A DNA stretch of 64,000 nucleotides from assembly GCA_024704765.1 (NCBI GenBank), contig JAKMXF010000299.1:1092863-1156862 (forward strand), written 5' to 3'. How positions within the stretch are numbered: the stretch's first letter is position 1; every line of letters begins with the position of its first letter. A program made the position numbers and the translations under genes. Shown piece by piece: positions 10,362 through 22,089 of the stretch. A model generated the notes under the pieces. The model was not told where the DNA came from. It made no database searches and worked only from the letters and a program-made list of their open reading frames with translations. This stretch comes from Oopsacas minuta (Eukaryota > Animalia > Porifera).

Positions 10362-13257
10362 CACAATGTGCCAAAATCGGCGTATACGGGTAACCATCAC
10401 AACTAGGCATGTTTTATGTCGTCTATATTGTAAATCGACACCATAAATTTCAAAAATATCATTTAAATTTTCCGTAGTATTACCACTATTGGGAATATGA
10501 CGTCATTTCGGTGATTTTTTAACATTCGTGGTTCACTATTATTATTATTTATTTTTTCTATTATTGAATTTATTTTATCAAGTCAAGTTTCCTAATAGAT
10601 GGACTATAGTATATATGATATATAACCAGCTATTATATAATAATGAACCAGAGGTGTAGTTTTTCCCTTTACTACATATTTGAAGGATTATACCTTATGG
10701 ACAACCTGTTACTAAATATATAAACTTTTACATCTATCTTTCATTAATTAATTATCATTCTCCAATACTAAGCTATTATATCAGTTAATTTCGATCATTT
10801 GCTCCAGAAGTCCTCATCTTGGTGGATGTAAAACGATGCTGCACTAATAGGGGATCACTACGACACAGAAGGCGAACTATAATATCTCGTACATTGTCAG
10901 AGAATGATGTTTCTTTGGCAAGATTTTCCCGATACAGCCCACGAACTTCTAGAGATTCTTTTGATAGATTCTGAAATCCACTGCCATTATTATATTCTCC
11001 AATAATCTTCAAAGAATGGGAAAGTAGCTTGTGTAAAGAAAGGGGTGATGTTCGCCCATGGAAACTGAACTAAGATGTATTCATACGTTTCTTTACATAT
11101 TCTTCCATTTTGCTACAATTGATTAAGTTCACAAGTCGCAACACCATTGAGAGATTACTCTGGACATTCACAAGTAAGGGTTTTCAGATACATTAATCTA
11201 AAAAGTCGCCCATTTTAAAAAGTCTCGCTTATCCAAAAAGCCATCACGTGCAATGTCCCCAGTAGTCGATGTCCCGCCCTGACTCGAAGAAATATCCACT
11301 GAAACTACACCTCTCTGGAAGAATTGCTCGAATCCCCCTCTTAGATGCGTTTACTTTGTGATTTGATGGTGACCATACCTTATGACCTGCATCAAGATGA
11401 TATATTAACTACATATACCACCGAAATACACATAGGTAGACATGCAAAGGGGAGGCAGCGATTATATTTATGTCAGATGTGGGTTGTGAGTGATACCTTA
11501 CCGTTGTTTGGGTAGGGAGTTTAAGGAAGTCATCCTCATTAACATCATCAAAGAGTTCCCAAGCATCGCTAACTTACCTGTTAATGGGGAATCCAGAACG
11601 AACCCAGTCAGTGCTTTTAATTTCATCATCAGTTGCAGTACATAGATGACCTTGTTTTTCTATTAAAAGTACAAAAGACAGGGTTAATATTTTGTTGGTT
11701 ATAGGTGGGATGAGACTCGGAATGATCTAATCCATCTGATATCTTAACTTTGAGCTGTTATAGTAAAATAGAAATTATCACTAACTTTGAAATCAAACGT
11801 TCAGCCGTAAGCTTTAGTATCGAAATATAGGAGATACAAGTTCCAATTGAGAAACCTTCATGATCATGGTCTATCTCAATCTCATCTATCAAAGTTATTC
11901 CTCTACGATATCTCGAGACAAGCTCATTGGATGGGAATTTAGCTTGATATTTGAGGACTTTTTAAAATTTTTATATTACTAGCTCCAATCTCTTAACAGT
12001 CCAACAAATAAGCAGATTTATCGATTGGCTCTTTATGCAAGACTCCGCTTAAGGAACCGTTGTTGAAGATCTCTTTACACACTTGTGAATTATCACGATC
12101 GCATAAATTGTTGGAGATTAATTCTAAAGCCAGAGCAGCTAGTTGTTTAGCCTCGACATTTCTCTTCAGCTAAGAAATGAATATGGTCTAAAAGTATGCT
12201 CAGTCTAGATCTGGAAGTTTGAAGATTGCAATCAAGTAAATGCTTTCTGAAACCATGGACAATTTCTTCAGAGAATTTTGACTTTCAAAAATATAAACTT
12301 TACGAAAGATTCTAATCCACTATCGAGTGAAATTCTCTTCTATCTCAGATCGGAAGTTGGTATAGGAGAAGCATATGAATGAAGGTCAAATTCTCCCAGG
12401 TTTCAAGATCACTCTTCTTCTGGTAATACTCTCTTGGTGATATATTATAAAGGACTTGAACTTATATCGAATATTGTAATGGTCTTAATGTGAAGTATTC
12501 TTATCATCAATAAGACAGTTGCTTTAGGACTTTTGCTTTTAAAATGCAGACAATATATGCTTCATTGTTGGGCACAACAGTGGCATTGCTTCACTAACAG
12601 CTATTATTAGACGTAAAAGGATTAAAATTATTTCTTGTATCATACAAATTTACATGAGTACGAGAATATATAGAATTTACTTGAACACCAAAAAATTCTC
12701 GAAATTGATATTTCCGATTTTTTGTCCAGTCCATGCATTGATGTACTCAAAAAATTATTTGTGCGCCTCTCTGCGCGTTTGAAAATTGGTGTTTTATTTT
12801 AAAAATTACTAGCACTATAAGTGAATAACAATGCATTATCGTCCTCTTTTGCCACCTGATAGATGCCACACTCCAAACAGTATATTAGAACTAAATTAAT
12901 TCCCTCCAGGCCATCAAAACAAGACAGCCAAATATATTTTTTGGAAACAATGATACTTATAATAATTCCATGAACTGTTCTAATATACAAAATGTCTCAA
13001 ATTGACGATTAACTGCAAAAATTTACCATTTATAATTTTTGGAATAAAATCGTTGCTAAGGTAGTTAGGTATTTACTATTGCGGTTACCTATTTAAAATA
13101 TTCTAAATATGTTTACTTTAGCTCGCTGTAATCGAATTTCCTTTGTGTCATATATACAATCATCACTATTTCCTACTACTTCAACGATGGAGATTCACAA
13201 AAAGGTGATTAAATTCGTGATTGAAATTTGTTTAATATGTTATATCTGCACACAGTG
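10362..13257 (-). mobile_element. RAG1/Transib-like DNA transposon copy 1 (full-length, degenerate)
   Basis: Ends CACAATGTGCCAAAAT (10362) and GCACACAGTG (13257). Minus-strand motifs across stops and frameshifts: FRKHLLDCNLQTSRSRL, DGLDHSESHPTYNQ, ASPLHVYLCVFRW, GGTSTTGDIAR, ITP.LHKLLSH, NLSKESLE..YRENLAKETSFSDNVRDIIVRLLCRSDPLL. No matching TSD seen. Lies in a CCDC93 intron. Confidence 0.85.
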
Positions 13258-14412
13258 AACTCTATCTCTACATTTTCACTGTCCCGACTATACCTTAATT
13301 TAGTGGCCCATTTTGTATAATACAACTAATCTCAATACTTCTAAGAATGACTGAGATGGTTGACTGTGCTTAGGGATCGACCTTGAATCGGATTTTACTA
13401 TTTTCTGGGGTTGTCATATTTTCCCGTATTGTTCCATGAAATTCTCGCACATTTATATACTAACCCTCCTAATAAATTATTACTTAAGCTCATTTTATGG
13501 TTAAACGTTTGAATTTTACCCTTTACCATAACTACTTACTCAATCCCGACCGAAATTGACAATCCTGGGGTAGGATCCTCTCCCGGCAGATTATCTTATC
13601 CCGGTCCAACACAAGCTATTTTACTGATCTTTTCATGTATTAATTTGGTGCCGATATGAAATGCAATATTAAATATCTACATAGGTAATTAATTTTGTGT
13701 GTTTGGTAAATGGACGGAAACATAATTATCATATAAGTTTCTTCCATTTCTTTTGCAAAGGCGAGCTTCCTGAAAATGTCTTTTTTGCATCTTTTGTTCC
13801 TGCGAATAGCTTGAGTTTTTTGATATTGTGTACTAGTACTTCATCTCGCTCCTCAATTTCTGACCTAATATAAAATGTTACTGAATAATGCACCTATGCA
13901 GAATATAAACATTTGAAGTTAGCATGTTTCTAAGTTATCGCACAGATCATGGATTGTACATGTTTTAATGATAACCATTAATGGCTCTATGCTCCTGGAT
14001 ATTTTTGAAATCATGATAGCCATTTAATAATATACACCGGACCCATGCCCTATTTGTCAATTTTGATGATATATCTCTGAGTATTTATTGTATAGTCTTC
14101 CTGTCGTATGTGGATAATTCTTGTAACTACCCGTAGTCATGATATATTCCTGCGTAATAGCAGTCTCTAAATGTACTATGCTATTAATTTTCACATATAT
14201 TCATTGCAATTGTTTGAGTGATCTTATTCATTGATTTTTAATATATCAATATGTTAAATGTCTCATACCTGTGGGAAAATTATTATCAACTATAAATGCC
14301 CCTATATAGCCCGGATTGGGGGGCCTGGGGACGACAATTGATAGGTACATAACGTTGATCATGTTTGAATTCTTCTAGAACTTAGTGAGATCTCTGAACT
14401 TTCTTCATTTAG

Positions 14413-14930
14413 ATAATGATGACTCTTTTAGAATATGGTTATCAACTCGGAACAAATTCTATTACAAACAATTTTAGCAATACAATGCACTATCCTGGTA
14501 GTGGACCGCAGAATAGACTTGATAATCATACTCCAAATTTCAATTCTAGCAATATTATTGAAGATTTGATGCATGATTTGTCTGAAATTATTGATGAAAA
14601 CTCACTTTGCAAGAATACACTCGGGTCTCTTGTTTCATTGCAAGCCAATTCTATTTCCAAATATTCTCAAGCTTATCAAACTTTTAGTGAAGATCAATCG
14701 AATATACATTCTCAGACGAATTTGAGGCTTGTTGCTTCCCTCCAGAAACAATATGCCGTCCATCAAAAGACCGTGGATTCCTTAAGTTCAATTTTTGATG
14801 GTGCAAAAACTGTTCTTAGTAATGAGAGAAAATCATTAGATCTTGCTATTCTTGACGGATCAGTTCTGTTAACCTCTCTTCAAGCTATTCATAATTTGGA
14901 AATTGGTGTTGAGGATAATCTGCTCCTTAG
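14413..14930 (+). CDS. CCDC93: CCDC93 internal coding exon
   Basis: IMMTLLEYG matches CCDC93 IHATLLEYG. TTTAG acceptor is phase 0, matching the upstream donor; the AG|GTATAG donor is phase 2, matching the next exon. Confidence 0.85.
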
Positions 14931-15147
14931 GTATAGTATTCCTTCTTATATTTCAACTGTGAAACACTTGATATTTTACTTCCCATTTTACTGAGCTTGC
15001 ACAATAAATCTTTAACGCCTTTTCACTGTATGCCTCTTATTATATTGTGCTAATAGTAGAAACAGAGTCTGGGTAATTCTAAGTGGTCAATGCAAATTCC
15101 ATCTAATGGCCATCTGTGCTAAAACTGGAGTTTCTATATGGCTTTTG

Positions 15148-15590
15148 GTTAGTAATCTCGGAACTTCCTACCTCGAGTATAAGAAACTCTGAAATGTTCG
15201 AAATTTCCAAATTTTTTTTCTGCAGTCATGATTACGTAATAATACCATGATGAGTTAGCTTAGGTTCTGAATCATGACGTCAGGATATTTGTCACATTGA
15301 GGGGCACCTCTGATTCAAATTTCAAACTTCTAGCATGTATATTGGCTGAGAAGTTTTCAATAATTTGATTATTCGAAAATCCAAACAGGAGAGAGTGACG
15401 TCATAATTTCATCATATGTGTTACATTTCGTCCTAGACTTGAAATTGTTTGGGCTACCCCTTATGTGACAAAGGTCTCGACTTCATATTCTGACCAAAAG
15501 CTAACTCATGATAGAATAATATCGTCATCTATCAAATTGCTGATATGTTGATGGAAACTGCGAATACTCGAGGGAATGAGTGGCATAAAA
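15148..15590. repeat. Two partial Helitron-like repeat copies in opposite orientation (+ 15148-15465; - 15478-15590)
   Basis: The first part resembles the 5' two-thirds of 18820-19245; the second resembles 21716-21850 (reverse-orientation 5' end). Confidence 0.55.
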
Positions 15591-15936
15591 CAAACAAGGC
15601 ATGAAATATCAACCGCGAACTGTAAACACGCTAAGCGTGAAGTATTTTTGTGCAATGCATTTCTTATTTATCCCTGGTACAGAGATAATTGTTGTTTTCA
15701 GGCAGTTTATTTTAGTTCACTCCTCGGGATTGTATAGAAACATTACAGTCCTTCCTATTCCGACCTCACGCTATGCTCGTTGATGTGATAAAATTAGTAA
15801 AAATGTATCCAGCATTCTTAAACATATCTCTGAAAGACAATAGTTTAAGGTGCGCCAGGAATCTCCTTGCCCATTATGAACGCGCCGACTGGAATGTGCT
15901 AGCTGTAGGGCTGGTCGAGCTGAAGCTGCCTACAAA

Positions 15937-18166
15937 CACAGTGTAGAATAATGCAGTAACACATCAAATTTTAACATTGCTATTTATCAAATGAATATTT
16001 TCATCGGATTTGCACAATTTCAAACCTAAAATTATACTATTGTTTGTAACCTTATTAACTTAAATCATTCCTAACTAAACTCTCAAACTTGCTAAAAGTT
16101 GAAATTTCAGAACCTTAAAAGCCACAAATATTTATTCTCCAAATGCTCTGTGTAATTCTATTTTCCTGGCTTTTCAGAAATTTAAAGACATTTATCAGTA
16201 TTCATTTGCATTATGTTATTAATTTTAATTTCGATTGCAGAACAACTGAGTCTGTATTATTTCAATCTCTAGCATTTTTATCCGTCTATTTTTATGTATA
16301 TTTCAGCTCCGTGGACTAAATTCCCCTGATCTTAATATGTAAATTATTGCTATTTCAATATTCTACACTTTTGCATAGTACAGGGTGTATCATATGTCTT
16401 GGCGGGTCAGTAAAATGTAAATAGAATTTTCCGTTATCGAATATTTGTTCCAATTATTTGCCAATATGACCACCATTCCTATCTAATACAAGTTGTATCC
16501 TAGCTGGTATACTACAAACTAAATTTCTAGAATATCAGGGTCTATGTTAGCCCATGCGATTTGACTCGTAGAATTAAGTCTTCCAGCTTAGTAGCATTTG
16601 CAATTAGTCCAACACGATCTTTCAATATTGACCAGGGGTTTTCAATCGGGTTTAAATCTAGCGAGTTACCCGGCCACTCAAACTTCCTCCAAAACCGAGG
16701 AAAGTGTTCTACACACCATCTCTGTGCCAAGTTCGCATTGTGAGGAGGTGCACTATCCTGCATGTATAGAAAATCAGACATGTCAGCAAGCATTGGTCTC
16801 TCCAGAATAGAACTTGTATTTGCAGTTCTGTTTGTAGCACCACTACACTTCTTGGCTAAGATATTATCTCGATAGTAGGCTCCATTTATCATTTTTCGGA
16901 GGAATGATGTGTAATTCTGAGAGAGCACTGTGAGACATCATACCCCGGATTTGGGTTTTCTGGGAAATTTCATCTGAACGATAGGTTCAATGTTATTTGA
17001 ATTCCGAGCCCAGATACGATCGTTTTGACGATTTAACATGGAGAATACTTGGAGAGGTGATTCATCTGACCACAACACATTTTCCAGTCACCAATTGTCC
17101 AATTTATGTTATCTTAAGCGAACTGGAGGCGTTTATCCTTCATTTTCTGTGTCAATCGAGGTATTTTAGGGCGTTTGAATGATTTTATTCCCAAAGAATT
17201 GGTCAAATAGCGATATATACTTGAATGCGAGATAGAATATCCCTTACCATTGAGAATACGTTCAAGTTTACGTGTTGACTTCCCCCTCTTCCCTAGAGAT
17301 TTTGAGAATACTATCTTACAGACCTTTTTCATGGTTGAAATCCTACCAGAACGGAGTTCAATATTTTGGTCTTTTTCATGTTTCTCGTTATGCCACCACC
17401 TTTATATCGACCTCAAACCGACACCTAACCTTGAAGCTACAATCTTCTGCTCAATTTCAGTTTCCAACATGGCATTTGCTTCTAGGCAAGTGGGCAAACC
17501 ATGATCTTTGACATTCATATTTTCAAAACGATAGGAAAAATACAAAAATGGGTTAAAAATACAAATCAAAGTGACAGTATTTATAAAGAGGTGTATTTGT
17601 AATAGATAGGAGTTAGTAGTTAAGTGTAAGATAATATACTTCAATAATAAATTGTGGTCTGGTTAAATCAACTTTAAACATTATGAATTCATACCCGCAA
17701 AGACAAATGATACACCCTGTATATCTTTCTAATTTTCATTATCAATAATGTCTGGAACCCCGGGGGCGCCCAATTGCATTGTTCTTAACATTGAATGTAT
17801 GGGCTACACTGATTCGGAGGAAATTTATATTTTGAAAATTTTTAATTTTCCATATACCAATTTTATGAATATTTCTAATTCATTTTATGAAGTGTCCAAT
17901 GCTGAATTGAATTCAGTATAAACATTGTTATTCAAGCTTCATCAATAGATAGTGCTGATAATCACTACCAAAATTTAGAACTCATTATTATTGAACCATA
18001 GTTATTTATTAGATGAATACCATATTCTCGTTTCCAGAAGGGCAACTGAAAATCTGATGCCATCTTCGACATCCACTAGGTCTATTTACTATATATGACA
18101 TCATTTTTAATGAATTTCTTCTGTGTAAGTACCTATTACCCCATAATGGTTGTTTGCCACACAGTG
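15937..18166. mobile_element. Transib-type non-autonomous element (~0.89 kb net) interrupted by a Tc1 element
   Basis: Starts CACAGTG; ends TTACCCCATAATGGTTGTTTGCCACACAGTG. Both arms match 53810-54715 in reverse orientation. Confidence 0.7.
16381..17719 (-). mobile_element. Tc1-like DD37E element, full-length, degenerate
   Basis: TIRs CAGGGTGTATCATATGTCTTGGCGGGT / ACCCGCAAAGACAAATGATACACCCTG with TA on both sides. MQDSAPPH...WPGNSLDLNPIEN has 37 residues between D and E; several stops and frameshifts. Confidence 0.92.
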
Positions 18167-18243
18167 CCAACAATTCAGCTTACTCGATCATATTCAGACT
18201 TTTCTTACAACCTGAATTAACTGACACGAATATGCATCTAGGC

Positions 18244-18597
18244 CAGGGGTCCCCAACCTACGGCCGGCGTTCCCAAAAGTTCTGGCCCGCCAAACCCTAG
18301 CTCCAATTTGCCTACGCTTATGTATTCGCTTACTACTAACAAATTAGTGCTACTTTGCCAACTCAATGAAGCGTATTAATTAACACATTTTTTTGATTAC
18401 TGCAACAGTGAATATACAATTTTAACATGTTAGTAAAGTGTAGTATTAGTTCAATGTTAGTTACTAAGAAATGTGTGAAGTAGTCCTAATTGCTTACTCT
18501 TAGGACATAGGGCATAGGGTATAAAAGAGAAGTTTGGCCCGCCTGGCTCACATATTACTAGGACCTGGCACTTGGCTCTAAAGGTTTGGGACCCCTG
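18244..18597. mobile_element. hAT MITE, 354 bp
   Basis: TIRs CAGGGGTCCCCAACC / GGTTTGGGACCCCTG; perfect TSD ATCTAGGC (18236-18243, 18598-18605). Confidence 0.95.
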
Positions 18598-18819
18598 ATC
18601 TAGGCTATTAGTTTAAACTAGCTCGCTGCGGGACAACTTAGTACTCCGTAATAGGTTAAGTATTAAAATGGATACATTTCTTGGTGATTTTGGTTGCTAC
18701 GCAACAAACTATACTCACCACTCTGCCCTTCGAATTAACAAATAGTTAAAATTTCAATACTGAATTATCCATGGTCAACCCAAATTACATTGAATCAGCT
18801 TATCTGGTGACACTGGAGA

Positions 18820-19245
18820 TGGTATCTTGGCACTTCGTGCCTTGGGTTTTAAGAAATTCTGAAAGTTTTAGAAAATTGGAAATCTTGACTTTTGTACAGA
18901 CATGATGACATAATAATCCTATGATGATTGAGCTTTTGGTCAGAATCCTGACGTCAAGACATTTGTTCATTGAGGAGTACCTGATTCAAATTTCAAACTT
19001 CTATCATGTATATTGGCTGCAGTGGCAATAATGTGATTTTTCGAAAATCAAAAAGGTGACAATAACATCATAATGTCATCATATTTGTGAATTTTCCTCC
19101 AAGACTCGAACTTGTTCGAGCTAGGCCCACAATATCCGTGTATGCCAAAACTCATTCCGGGGTCTTCCAGTTTCTTTAATCAATTCTGGACACACAAACA
19201 TACATATATTACGTACTCATAGATTAATTGCGTTTTATTCATAAA
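18820..19245 (+). repeat. Helitron-like (HINE/DINE-1-style) non-autonomous repeat, near-complete
   Basis: 5' hairpin GGCAC-TTC-GTGCC; 3' CATACAAACATACATA-like microsatellite and GATTAATTGCGTTTTAT terminus; no TSD; several dispersed copies in the window. Confidence 0.55.
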
Positions 19246-19499
19246 TATATAATAATCCCACTTTCAGTTTCAAAATATTGAAATTCAATTAGCTTACAAT
19301 TTCAATTTCAGAATTCCAATGCAACCAAATCGATATGTTTAACACGCAATTTTTCTTGTGTGTCGCTGCGCAACAGCTTAGTGCTCCAGTTAGCTTAAGT
19401 ATTAATTCAGCAGCAAAATTTATAGTCTTATTGGTCGCTATGCGACAAACATGCTCACTATACTACGTGTCTCAAATTCACAGAATAGATAAAAATTTC

Positions 19500-21850
19500 G
19501 ATTTTATTGTCCATCTTCATTATCATCTTATTGGAATTTCAAAAATCACATTATTAAGCACTGCTCATCCAACAACAAAGAGAATTTTGAAATTGAATCA
19601 CAATTACCCCTCAATTTTACAAATATGGAGCGCCTGCATTAGATCGAATTTGGACAGTTGCTGTTAGTTCGACAGTAATTTCAGACAGTTGGGTTAGTTC
19701 GACAGTAATTTTATGGTTTTCATTGGCATTACTCGTAGCTGTGAATTATATACTATTATTATTCCATTGAAATTTGTAGGTATTCTTAAGGCTATTTCGG
19801 ATATCATTTCGCAATACCTTGAGGTACTAGCCCAGCTACAATGTTTCGTCGATTAGTATAAATAATACATAATAACATAATTATCAGACAACTCCATGTA
19901 ATACAAATTCGCAGATTATCGACGCCAGAATGGATGGATTTTTCAAACTCCAGATGGTCAGAAATATTACAAGTCTAAAGTAAGAGAAAATAATGTTTAT
20001 CTAAGATGTGTTCTTTACAGAAATGGATGTAATGCTATTGCGAGGTTAAATCTAGTCTCAAATATAATTACTCCTGCTATAAACCATAATCATGGCATCA
20101 TAGAATATCAGCCTCACGTCTATGAATTAGAATCAAAATGGAAGAATCATGCACGGAACTCACAGGATAACCTTAGAAAAATTTTCGATGACGTAAATCG
20201 TGAAGATGCTGCAGCGTTTCATGTGTCGTTTACTGAATGCGAATCCTCAATGTATCGTTCGAGGAGAGAATTGCAACCAAAGATTCCAACATCTCCCGCA
20301 GAATTTTCTGATATGTTGCCAAATTTAACATATGGAGCATTTTATAGATGTACTGTCTCTATCAATGACCACACGCCTATCATATTTTCTCAGATAATAT
20401 CCGAACATTTTTTGCCTCAAATAACCAACATCCAGTTTGATGGAACATTTTATACCGTTCCAGTCTTTTTTACCAGCTTTGGACTATATTTCTGATTGTT
20501 GATCGACATGCTTTACCGGGCATACACTGTCTATGACTGGTAAGAATGAAGAACTATACAAAGCAATACTAATTCACATACATCAACTTCAACCCATTAC
20601 ATCCATGTCCGATTGGGAAGCTGCTCCTCGTAAGGCTCTGAAAGAACTCTTTCCTAGTATAAAACTGTTTGGATGCTGGTTTCATTTACGCAGCGAATAT
20701 AGTATAAAACTCAGGAACTGGGACTTAAAGATAATATAGAAGTTGCAAGATATATACGTCAATTAATTAGCATTTCATTCCTTCCATTCCTTCCAGCTAG
20801 TTTCATCCATCCAACCTACACACTACTTCAATTTCCTGCGACTATCATACCTACAGAAGCAATGAAATTGGAGAAACTAAACTTACTTCAAAATGAGATG
20901 GATAACCCATGTCAACCCAGAGGAATTATCAATTTTTGACTCAAAATTTACAACAAATAATGGAGCTGAATCTTACCACGCAAGGCTTAAGGATAGAATT
21001 AGGGCTAATCACCCCAGAATATGGAGTTTTATGACCCATGTTAATGAAATAATAATGGATACAGATAACGAATTTGGGATGCTGTCCCTGGGTAAGGATA
21101 TAACAAGACCGAGAAAAGACAAACATTCTGACTGATGATCGCCGTAGTCGTTGTAAACAAAATTTCAATCCGGATGCTATATCCCGTGGGAATATATAAA
21201 TGCAGTATATCAGGCCATTGGAAATATTCGTGATCCACAAGGGGAATTGGAATTCTCTGACTGTTCAGAAGATTCAGAAACAGATCATATTGATGATGAT
21301 AATAACAACCACCAGAAATGTGTTGTTTGTCTAACTCACGAACATCCACTTGGATCTTTCTACCTTGCAAGCATGCCCAGTACTGTATGGAAAGTTGCAA
21401 ACAAATCGAAGAACTTGGACAATCGTGTCCCGTCTGTGTGTCTCCAAAAGAAAGGATGTTTGAAATATTTACCCATTCGCTTCACTATTGATACATTCAT
21501 AAAATATTTGACTATTTGTTTAGGACTCATTAAATTCTTTCCAAATAAACATAGATTCTACCTTTTGGTGTAAACAATGAAGGTCGGCTAAAATCTTCCT
21601 CCAGCTAACGCCAACTAACTGAAATTACTGTCGAACTAACGCCAACTGTCTGAAATTACCGTCGAACTAACGCCAACTGTCCAAATTCGAACTAATGTAG
21701 TGCTCCCACAAATATCTTGACGTCATGATTCTGACCAAAAGCTAACTCATCATGAGAATATTATGTCAACATGACCCTGCACAAAAAATCAACATTTTCC
21801 AAATTTCAGAATTCGTTAATACTCGAGGGCACGAAGTACCGAGGTTACTA
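19500..21850 (-). repeat. Helitron-like repeat copy split by the MULE insertion (19500-19626 and 21708-21850)
   Basis: The two flanks join through the MULE TSD ACAAATAT into continuous family sequence; 5' hairpin GGCACGAAGTACC near 21827. Confidence 0.6.
19627..21706 (+). mobile_element. MULE transposon with FLYWCH-like zinc finger, MULE transposase and C-terminal RING finger (degenerate)
   Basis: ~85-bp TIRs built from ~29-bp subrepeats (CAGTTGGCGTTAGTTCGACAGTAATTTCAGA); TSD ACAAATAT (8 bp perfect, 8/9 if 9 bp). Motifs VYLRC....GCNA...NHNH, IQFDGTFYTVP, MSDWEAA, GCWFH, NNGAESYHARL and CVVC...LPCKHAQYC...CPVC. Confidence 0.88.
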
Positions 21851-22089
21851 GCCAAAAGCTGCACAGCATTCCAGTTTCACCACAGAAGGCCTTTCATTAT
21901 AATTGGATAGACCATAAATAACCGAATCTTTATAAATATTCTGTGAATTGTGACGAGTATATTCTGTCGCATAGCTACCATTATCATAATCAAATTATCT
22001 GTTAATATTTAAGCTGTTTTTATAGTATCGTAAATTGGATCGTGATCGGATTGTCTACTTGGAAAGTAGTAGGTATTCGAATTTCAGCC

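Noticed and set aside
10362-10780. RAG2-like gene within the RAG1-like element
   Set aside because: Only ~400 bp of AT-rich sequence with no ORF or kelch/PHD motif; the same holds in copy 2 once nested inserts are removed.
15840-15936. GC-rich stretch as an ncRNA or small ORF
   Set aside because: No recognisable tRNA, snRNA or SRP features; the ~47-codon frame has no known motif.
19640-19710. ~29-bp tandem repeats (also 21600-21690) as a CRISPR-like array
   Set aside because: No unique spacers; they are mirror-image subrepeats of the MULE TIRs in a eukaryotic context.
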